Origin: an uncultured Pelagibacteraceae bacterium
GTDB taxonomy: Bacteria; Pseudomonadota; Alphaproteobacteria; Pelagibacterales; Pelagibacteraceae
Direction: 5' to 3'
DNA: 64,000 nucleotides
NCBI GenBank assembly: GCA_902611405.1
Contig: CACLZL010000005.1
Coordinates: forward strand, 7,360 to 71,359
The stretch's first letter is position 1. Every line of letters starts with the position of its first letter. The notes under the pieces are model-generated. The model ran no database searches, was not told the origin of the DNA, and saw only the letters and a list, made by a program, of their open reading frames with translations. Shown piece by piece: positions 46,816 through 53,845 of the stretch. Position numbers and translations under genes: made by a program.

Positions 46816-47349
46816 ATGTTTTTTACAAAAAGAAAAGCAATATTATTATTTATAATATGTTTAATATTTTTCTTCCTAACTTATCAGGATGTAAAATCGT
46901 CAGAAATTACTTCTGTTACAGGTTACGCTAAAGTTACAGATGGAGATACAATAAAAATAGATACATTTAAAATAAGACTTGATGGAATAGATGCACCTGA
47001 AAAAAAACAAAAATGTAAAAGACCTTATTTAACAATTTTTATGTTTACGTTTCACGAAAATTATTTATGCGGTCAAAAATCAACTGTGGCATTAATTAAG
47101 AAAATAAATAATCAAAAAGTTACCTGTAAAATTTCTAATGTTGACTTTTTCAAAAGACTTATAGGTGAATGCTATAAAAGAAAAATTAATTTAAATTCAT
47201 GGTTAGTTTCGAATGGTCATGCAGTTGCTTTTAGAAAATACTCTAAAAAATATGTTCCAGAGGAAATATTTGCCAAACAAGAAAAGAAAGGAATATGGCA
47301 AGGAAAGTTTGAAATGCCATGGGATTATAGGAAATCTAAAAAAAATTAA
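46816..47349 (+). CDS. Thermonuclease (SNase family), N-terminally anchored or secreted
   Basis: DGDT, IRL.GIDAPE, D...R, LV..G.A, A....KGIW; hydrophobic N-terminus. Confidence 0.93.
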   Translation: MFFTKRKAILLFIICLIFFFLTYQDVKSSEITSVTGYAKVTDGDTIKIDTFKIRLDGIDAPEKKQKCKRPYLTIFMFTFHENYLCGQKSTVALIKKINNQKVTCKISNVDFFKRLIGECYKRKINLNSWLVSNGHAVAFRKYSKKYVPEEIFAKQEKKGIWQGKFEMPWDYRKSKKN

Positions 47350-47353
47350 TTAA

Positions 47354-47611
47354 CAAGAAATAATTATTTTTATTCCTTGGATATCTGTTGCTGCAAGAAG
47401 GTTACATGATATTGATAAAAGTGGTTGGTTTCAGGCAATTCCAATACCTGCAGGTATCTTAGAAGTAATATTTGAAGTAAATCGACAAAAGTCTTTAGAA
47501 GTAATTTTTTTAATTATAGGATTACTTTGTTATGTTTATCTTTTAATTTTATTTTGTACTGCTGGTGATAGCAAAGAAAATAGATTTGGAAAAAATCCAT
47601 TAAAAAAATAG
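47354..47611 (+). pseudogene. 5'-truncated DUF805 (YhaH-like) inner-membrane protein remnant
   Basis: Manual translation: IIIFIPWISVAARRLHDIDKSGW...GDSKENRFGKNPLKK*; no ATG, in-frame TAA at 47351; absent from the ORF track. Confidence 0.8.
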
Positions 47612-47630
47612 ATTTAGTTAAAAAACTTTT

Positions 47631-47681
47631 TTTAAACAAATTTAAACCTTAAACCTAACAAAAAGATTTGATTTGTTTAAA
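47631..47681. repeat. Perfect 11-bp inverted repeat
   Basis: TTTAAACAAAT (47631-41) / ATTTGTTTAAA (47671-81); loop contains tandem TAAACCT. Confidence 0.6.
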
Positions 47682-47683
47682 TA

Positions 47684-47845
47684 ATGTATTGGATTTCAAT
47701 CCTTTTCTATAGAATTCCGCTTTTTTTATTATCTCCCTTGTTGCGTAATTCAAGTAAGCAGAAAAGGATTGAGACCATAACTAATTACAAATTACTTACC
47801 TTTAAAAAATCAACTAACCTAAGGAGTTCTAATACATGGAAATAG
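47684..47845 (+). CDS. Possible 53-aa hydrophobic leader/small peptide
   Basis: Manual translation MYWISILFYRIPLFLLSPLLRNSSKQKRIE...NTWK*; overlaps start of next ORF; no SD. Confidence 0.3.
   Translation: MYWISILFYRIPLFLLSPLLRNSSKQKRIETITNYKLLTFKKSTNLRSSNTWK
47690..47777 (+). ncRNA. Candidate structured RNA (nested long stem-loop; strand uncertain)
   Basis: 13 perfect bp 47696-708/47760-72, inner stem 47712-20/47743-51 (8 of 9), 22-nt pyrimidine-rich loop with TCTCCCTT. Confidence 0.55.
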
Positions 47846-48021
47846 GCCGTGTCTGTAAGTACTGTCATGTCAGTACATATATCGCGTACGATAACTGCAA
47901 CCCCGTTTACAAACAATCATTTAAATTTGAAATAAGACCAGGTGAACACAACAGTCTAGTTTGGGACAAGATCATAAAAATATTTGAGAAAAATGGATAC
48001 AAAGTGGAGCTTAAATCATGA
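47836..48021 (+). CDS. Small hypothetical protein with CxxCH..C
   Basis: AAGGAG SD at 47821-26; ATGA overlap with downstream ORF. Confidence 0.6.
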   Translation: MEIGRVCKYCHVSTYIAYDNCNPVYKQSFKFEIRPGEHNSLVWDKIIKIFEKNGYKVELKS

Positions 48022-48584
48022 AAAGAGTTTTGCTTATTGTTTTATTTCACTTAACTCTATTTTTTATTGTTTTTGCTTATCATGCTCAAGCTGAAGAAGA
48101 TGATATATGGACAATTGATAAATACGAAAGTTTAACATTTGCAAGAGTATATGGAGAAGTAATTCATGGAGATAGTTTAAATTTTTTTATTCAATCAAAA
48201 GATAATTGTGAAAAAGTTTGGCATAATTTCACTTTCTACACATATGAACAACCTGGTGATATAAAACAACTATTAAACAAAAATATACCAATAAAAATTA
48301 ATGAAGAAGAAGTTACTGCTTATGTTGATCATATACAACCATTTTTAATGGGCTATAGAGTATTATTATCCTTAGGGTCGTTTCCAATTAAAGAATATAT
48401 TTATAAATTAAACAATTTTTATTTAGAGGAGCAAAGATTTGAGATTGAAATCATTGATGGTATAGATTTTAAAGCTAGTAAATATTTTGATATATCAATT
48501 AATAGATGGAATTTAGATAAGCTTGTACCTTCTGTTTTAGAAGCTCATAAACAATGTAAAGAAATAAATAAATTAGATAGTTAA
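48018..48584 (+). CDS. Secreted/periplasmic hypothetical protein
   Basis: 188-aa ORF, signal peptide ending AQA, two Cys. Confidence 0.85.
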   Translation: MKRVLLIVLFHLTLFFIVFAYHAQAEEDDIWTIDKYESLTFARVYGEVIHGDSLNFFIQSKDNCEKVWHNFTFYTYEQPGDIKQLLNKNIPIKINEEEVTAYVDHIQPFLMGYRVLLSLGSFPIKEYIYKLNNFYLEEQRFEIEIIDGIDFKASKYFDISINRWNLDKLVPSVLEAHKQCKEINKLDS

Positions 48585-48594
48585 TTATTTATTT

Positions 48595-49158
48595 TTATAA
48601 TCTCGAGCTACTATCTTCAATCCAATCCCATAAATGTTGAGCAAATGATCGTCTGACAAATAGGTTAACTACATTTTCCTCTTTATGGTGCAGAATTACA
48701 TCTATATGATTTAAAACTGTCTGGGTTGTTGATCCTTTTTTTTCTTTAAATTCATTAAAATTAAAGGGACATCCTGCTGAAAAAATTTCATATATATATT
48801 TACCTTTAAGTTCTAACTGAACAAATTGATCAGTTACATCTATAACAGCACCTAAATTTGTTTTTGAAATACTATTAAATAACATTTCATATAGTTCGTT
48901 TTTGTTTGTGTCTTTAATTGCGGTCTCATTTGAAACTATCATCCATTCGTCTGGGCTAAGCCATATTGCTGTTAATTTGTCACTCGTTGATGAAGTGTTT
49001 GCCTCTGAAGGTAAGATCATATTAATATTTTTACCAATATTTGTTAAAAATTCTCTTTTTTTACCTCTTAAATTAATTTTTATTACTGGAGAGATTTCTT
49101 TTACTGAAATACTTTCTTGATTAATTTCATTTTTAATAACTGAATTATAATTAAGCAT
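48595..49158 (-). CDS. soxG: Sarcosine oxidase-family gamma subunit
   Basis: INLRG, WLSPDEW, VRRSFA..LW. Confidence 0.93.
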   Translation of the reverse strand: MLNYNSVIKNEINQESISVKEISPVIKINLRGKKREFLTNIGKNINMILPSEANTSSTSDKLTAIWLSPDEWMIVSNETAIKDTNKNELYEMLFNSISKTNLGAVIDVTDQFVQLELKGKYIYEIFSAGCPFNFNEFKEKKGSTTQTVLNHIDVILHHKEENVVNLFVRRSFAQHLWDWIEDSSSRL

Positions 49159-52156
49159 TTAACCTCTCATTTTTTTCATCATAAAAAACTGGGTTTGCAA
49201 CTGTGACATTAATATTTTTATTTTTCATTGGAATAAAAAGTTTTTTACCTATCATGTCTTTTCCACCTCTAACTACTGCAAGCGCTATTGACTTGTTTAA
49301 GTTTGGACTAAAATAACTTGATGTTACATGTCCAAGCATTTCAACCGGATTTTGATTTAATTCAGAAACTATTTGTGCTCCTTCTTCTAAAACAATATTT
49401 GGATCATCAGTTAATAACCCTACTAATTGCTTTCTATCTTCTCTCATTGTATCAGATCTATAAAGAGATCTTTTACCTATGAAATCGTATTTTTTCTTGC
49501 TGACTATCCAATCCATTTGAAGATCGATAGGGGTCATTGTTCCATCTGTATCTTGACCTACAATGATGAAACCTTTTTCTGCCCTTAATAAGTGCATTGT
49601 TTCAGTTCCATAAGGCGTAATGTTAAACTCTTTACCAGCTTCCATGCACTTTTCCCATAAATCTTTTCCATAACTTGCTTGAACATTTATTTCGTAGCTG
49701 TGTTCTCCAGTAAAACTAATTCTCATTATTCTGCATTGGATATGTCCGATATTCGCTTCTTTGAAAGACATGTGAGGAAAATTTTCATCCGATAAATCTA
49801 AATCGGGAATTATTTTTTTAATAATTTTTTTACTATTAGGTCCACATAAACTCGCTGTAGCATAATGATCTGTTACAGAGGTTAAGTAAACATCAAGTTC
49901 AGGCCATTCTGTTTGGAGATAGTCTTCAAGTTTACCTAAAACATTTGCTGCACCACCAGTTGTTGTGGTCATTATATAATGATTTTCACCTAATCTTGTT
50001 GTAACTCCATCATCATAAACCATACCATCCTCGTTTAGCATTAGGCCATATCTACACTTTCCTATAGCTAGTTTTGACCAAGCATTTGTATAAACTCTAT
50101 TTAAAAATTCAGAAGCATCACTTCCTTGTATATCAATTTTACCAAGAGTAGATGCATCCAGTATACCAGCACTTTCTCTTGCAGCTTTACTTTCTCTCTG
50201 TACTGCTTGATGCATTGTTTCACCATTATTAGGGTAGTACCAAGCTCTCTTCCATTGACCGACATTTTCAAATTCAGCTTTATTTTGAACATGCCAATCA
50301 TTCATTGGCGTCCTTCTAAAAATATCAAAAAACTTTCCTACATTTCGACCTACAATAGTTCCAAATGTTAATGGTGTGTAAGGAGGTCTAAACGTAGTGG
50401 TTCCTAATTCTCCCATTTTAACTCCAGCAGTATCTGCAATTATTCCTAATGCATGCATATTTCCTAGTTTACCTTGATCTGTTCCCATACCGGTAGTCGT
50501 GTATCTTTTTACATGTTCTATAGATCTAAAACCTTCTCTTAATGCTAATTTGATATCTTTAGCTGTTGCATCGTTTTGATAATCTACAAATGGTTTAGTT
50601 TTGCCTAAAGGTTTGTCAGAAGGTAGTAACCAAATATTTCTTTTTGAATTTTCCTGATCAATCTCAACTTTAATATTATCTAAATCTGTTTCTTTAATAT
50701 TTAAATTATCTTTAAGCTTTTGATTTAAATTTTTAATAATTTCATCAATTTTAAAATCTCCATCACAAGATCCTACACTTATTTGGGTAGATGTATTTTG
50801 ATTTGGTAAGAAAACTTCTTTTTCCTCATCAAACTTAAGTTTACTGCCTGATTGTGTGTATAAATGTACAGCAGGCGTCCAACCACCAGCAACTCCCAAA
50901 CAATCGCATGATATAGAAATTTTACTTCCAGTAACGGAAGTAAAATCATTTGATAGCTTCATAATTGAAACACTATTTAGTCTTTTATATCCAGCTGTAT
51001 CAACAATTGAATGTGACCAGTAAATTTTAATACCTGCTTCTTTTATTTTTTTAACAATTTTACTTTCAGATTGATCTCTAATATCAATAATTGCTTCAAC
51101 ATTTATACCTTTGTTATATAGTGACAAAGCACTTTCGTAAGCACTATCATTATTAGTAAAAAATACATTTTTACTACCACATGCAACTCCATAAAATTCA
51201 CTGTATTTTTTTATAGCAGATGAAAGCATTATTCCTGGTCTATCATTATTATTAAATATCAAAGGTCTTTCTAATGCACCTGTAGCCAAAATAACTTTCT
51301 TAGCTCTAATTTTAAGAAGTCTTTGTCTGATTTTATTTGTTTTATCTTTTGCCTCTAAATGGTCAGTTAGATTTTCTCTAGCCAAAAGATAATTATATTG
51401 ATGATAAGCAGCTACACTTGTTCTAGTTTTTATTTCAAGATTTTTAATATTTTTAAGTTCCTCTATTTCTTTTTTTAACCATTCAGAAGGAGTTTTATTA
51501 TCAATTTTGTTAAATTCGTTATTTTCAAAAATAGTCGAACCACCAAGTTGATTTTTTTCATCAACTAAGAACGTTTTGAAATTATTTTTAGCAGCATTTT
51601 TTGCTGCCAATATTCCTGCTATACCTGCACCAACAACCAATACATCACAGTGAATATTTCGGTGGTCATAAATATCAGGGTCACTTGATGTTGGTGATTT
51701 TCCTAAACCTGCTGAGTGTCGTATAAAAAATTCATATTTTTTCCAGAAACTAGCAGGCCACATAAATGTTTTGTAATAAAAACCTGCTGGAAAAAAAGGG
51801 GAGAGAAAATTGTTTATTCCACCAATATCAAATTCTACACTTGGCCAACAATTTTGACTGGATGCCTCTAAACCATCGTAAATCTCGACTTCTGTTGCTC
51901 TAACATTAGGTTCTGTTCTGTTGGTACCAGGGTTTATTTGAACTATGGCATTAGGTTCTTCAGATCCAGATGTCATAATTCCTCTTGGTCTATGATATTT
52001 AAAACTTCTTCCTACTAAATGAACATCGTTTGCAAGTAACGCTGAGGCTAATGTATCACCTTTAAAACCATGGTAAGTTTTGCCATTAAATTTAAAGGAA
52101 ATTCTATTAGTTTCATCAATATACTCGCTAGATTTTACCCTTAAGTTTTTAGTCAT
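49151..52156 (-). CDS. soxA: Sarcosine oxidase-family alpha subunit (start taken at MTKNL)
   Basis: GDTLASAL, RSFKYHRPRG, KRYTT.GMG.DQG, GcvT-like C-terminus. Confidence 0.96.
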   Translation of the reverse strand: MTKNLRVKSSEYIDETNRISFKFNGKTYHGFKGDTLASALLANDVHLVGRSFKYHRPRGIMTSGSEEPNAIVQINPGTNRTEPNVRATEVEIYDGLEASSQNCWPSVEFDIGGINNFLSPFFPAGFYYKTFMWPASFWKKYEFFIRHSAGLGKSPTSSDPDIYDHRNIHCDVLVVGAGIAGILAAKNAAKNNFKTFLVDEKNQLGGSTIFENNEFNKIDNKTPSEWLKKEIEELKNIKNLEIKTRTSVAAYHQYNYLLARENLTDHLEAKDKTNKIRQRLLKIRAKKVILATGALERPLIFNNNDRPGIMLSSAIKKYSEFYGVACGSKNVFFTNNDSAYESALSLYNKGINVEAIIDIRDQSESKIVKKIKEAGIKIYWSHSIVDTAGYKRLNSVSIMKLSNDFTSVTGSKISISCDCLGVAGGWTPAVHLYTQSGSKLKFDEEKEVFLPNQNTSTQISVGSCDGDFKIDEIIKNLNQKLKDNLNIKETDLDNIKVEIDQENSKRNIWLLPSDKPLGKTKPFVDYQNDATAKDIKLALREGFRSIEHVKRYTTTGMGTDQGKLGNMHALGIIADTAGVKMGELGTTTFRPPYTPLTFGTIVGRNVGKFFDIFRRTPMNDWHVQNKAEFENVGQWKRAWYYPNNGETMHQAVQRESKAARESAGILDASTLGKIDIQGSDASEFLNRVYTNAWSKLAIGKCRYGLMLNEDGMVYDDGVTTRLGENHYIMTTTTGGAANVLGKLEDYLQTEWPELDVYLTSVTDHYATASLCGPNSKKIIKKIIPDLDLSDENFPHMSFKEANIGHIQCRIMRISFTGEHSYEINVQASYGKDLWEKCMEAGKEFNITPYGTETMHLLRAEKGFIIVGQDTDGTMTPIDLQMDWIVSKKKYDFIGKRSLYRSDTMREDRKQLVGLLTDDPNIVLEEGAQIVSELNQNPVEMLGHVTSSYFSPNLNKSIALAVVRGGKDMIGKKLFIPMKNKNINVTVANPVFYDEKNERLNA

Positions 52157-52157
52157 T

Positions 52158-52433
52158 TTATTGAGTAGGTGGTTTTTCACCCATTTTGTAAATTGCTTTT
52201 ATTTCATCATTAGATGTATCTCTAACCATATTAAACCATTTACGACAACCATGTGCATGGTTCCATCTTTCAAATTGAACACCTTTAATATTTTTTCTCA
52301 TAAATAAATATTCTGCCCATTCATCATCACTTAATTCTGTTGGTTGTTTAGGTCTTTCAATATGAGCCTCACCACCAGCCTTAAATTCTTGCTGGTCTCG
52401 TTCTCCACAGTATGGACAGTTTATTAAAAACAT
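52158..52433 (-). CDS. soxD: Sarcosine oxidase-family delta subunit
   Basis: CPYCG.R...EF, H..GC..WF. Confidence 0.96.
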   Translation of the reverse strand: MFLINCPYCGERDQQEFKAGGEAHIERPKQPTELSDDEWAEYLFMRKNIKGVQFERWNHAHGCRKWFNMVRDTSNDEIKAIYKMGEKPPTQ

Positions 52434-53686
52434 TAATGAGCAACCGCTGCAGCGCCATGTTCATCAACAAGGTCTCCGCTTACAAATCTATTTAAATTAA
52501 ATGCAGCATTAAGTTTGTGAGGTTCATCGTTTGCAATAGTATGTGCAAACAAATCCCCAGATCCAGGAGTTGCTTTAAATCCTCCAGTACCCCAACCACA
52601 ATTAAAGTATAAACCTTTAATTGAAGTTTTACTTAAAATTGGACTAGCATCAGGACAAATATCCACTATTCCTCCCCATTGTCTTAACATTCTCATTCTA
52701 CTAAAAATTGGATATAATTCTAAAATAGCATTTAATGTTCCCTCAACTATTTGGTGACTTCCTTTTTGTGTATAAGAAACATAGTCGTCTGTTCCAGCAC
52801 CAATGACCAATTCTCCTTTGTCAGATTGACTAACATAAGCATGCACTGCATTAGACATTACAACTGTATCTATAATTGGTTTCACTGGTTCAGAAACTAA
52901 AGCTTGTAATGGTTTACTTTCAAGTGGAAGTCTTAGACCCGCCATATTAGCTATTACGCTAGAATGTCCAGCTGCAACGACACCAACTTTTTTAGTTTTA
53001 ATAAATCCTTTCGTTGTTTCTATTCCTTCAACACTATCTCCATTTCTTTTTATTCCTTTAACTTCACAATTTTGAATAATATCAACACCCATTGCATCGG
53101 CTCCTCTAGCATATCCCCAAGCGACAGCATCATGTCTTGCTGTACCAGCTCTTCGTTGTAAAGTTCCTCCTAAAACAGGGTATCTAATATCTGGCGATGT
53201 ATTTATAATAGGACAAAATTTTTTAACTTCTTCAGTGCTCAAGTAGACTGCATCAATTCCATTTAGTCTATTGGCATGTGTTCGTCTTTTTAAATCTCTA
53301 ACATCTTGTAAGTTATGTGCAAGATTCATTACGCCTCTTTGACTAAACATTACGTTGTAGTTTAGTTCTTGAGATAAACTTTCCCATATTTTTAATGCAT
53401 GATCATATAACCCTGCACTTGCGTCCCATAAATAATTTGATCTAATAATTGTAGTGTTACGGCCAGTATTTCCTCCACCAATCCAACCTTTCTCGACTAC
53501 AGCAATATTATTTATGTTGTGTTTTTTTGCTAAATAATAGGCTGTAGCTAATCCATGGCCACCACCACCAACAATTACTGCATCGTACTCTTTTTTAGGA
53601 GTAGGGTCTTTCCATGCTCTTTGCCAATTCTCATGATATGAAAGAGCATTTTTGATTAACGAAAATACTGAGTACTTATTTCTCAT
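52433..53686 (-). CDS. soxB: Sarcosine oxidase-family beta subunit
   Basis: [45 protein letters not shown]. Confidence 0.97.
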   Translation of the reverse strand: MRNKYSVFSLIKNALSYHENWQRAWKDPTPKKEYDAVIVGGGGHGLATAYYLAKKHNINNIAVVEKGWIGGGNTGRNTTIIRSNYLWDASAGLYDHALKIWESLSQELNYNVMFSQRGVMNLAHNLQDVRDLKRRTHANRLNGIDAVYLSTEEVKKFCPIINTSPDIRYPVLGGTLQRRAGTARHDAVAWGYARGADAMGVDIIQNCEVKGIKRNGDSVEGIETTKGFIKTKKVGVVAAGHSSVIANMAGLRLPLESKPLQALVSEPVKPIIDTVVMSNAVHAYVSQSDKGELVIGAGTDDYVSYTQKGSHQIVEGTLNAILELYPIFSRMRMLRQWGGIVDICPDASPILSKTSIKGLYFNCGWGTGGFKATPGSGDLFAHTIANDEPHKLNAAFNLNRFVSGDLVDEHGAAAVAH

Positions 53687-53711
53687 AATAATTGAATAAT
53701 TACTTTATATA

Positions 53712-53727
53712 TATTGAATTTTCAATA
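53712..53727. promoter_or_regulatory. Palindrome in the divergent soxB/tRNA-Ser spacer (candidate operator or back-to-back -35 boxes)
   Basis: TATTGAA-tt-TTCAATA. Confidence 0.4.
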
Positions 53728-53753
53728 CAATCGCTTATTACACAATGTCATAC

Positions 53754-53845
53754 GGAAGAGTGGGTGAGAGGCTGAAACCAGTCGTTTGCTAAATGACCGT
53801 GCGAGGAAACTTGTACCGAGGGTTCGAATCCCTCCTCTTCCGCCA
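53754..53845 (+). tRNA. tRNA-Ser (anticodon GCT)
   Basis: Acceptor GGAAGAG/CTCTTCC, anticodon arm GTCGT-TTGCTAA-ATGAC, long variable arm, GGTTCGAATCC, encoded CCA. Confidence 0.97.

Noticed and set aside
47690-47777. Interpretation as a Rho-independent terminator or 6S RNA
   Set aside because: No U-tract follows the stem on either strand; shorter than 6S RNA and lacks its large central bubble
53687-53753. Glycine or SAM riboswitch upstream of soxB
   Set aside because: Spacer is only 67 bp, very AT-rich, with no aptamer consensus
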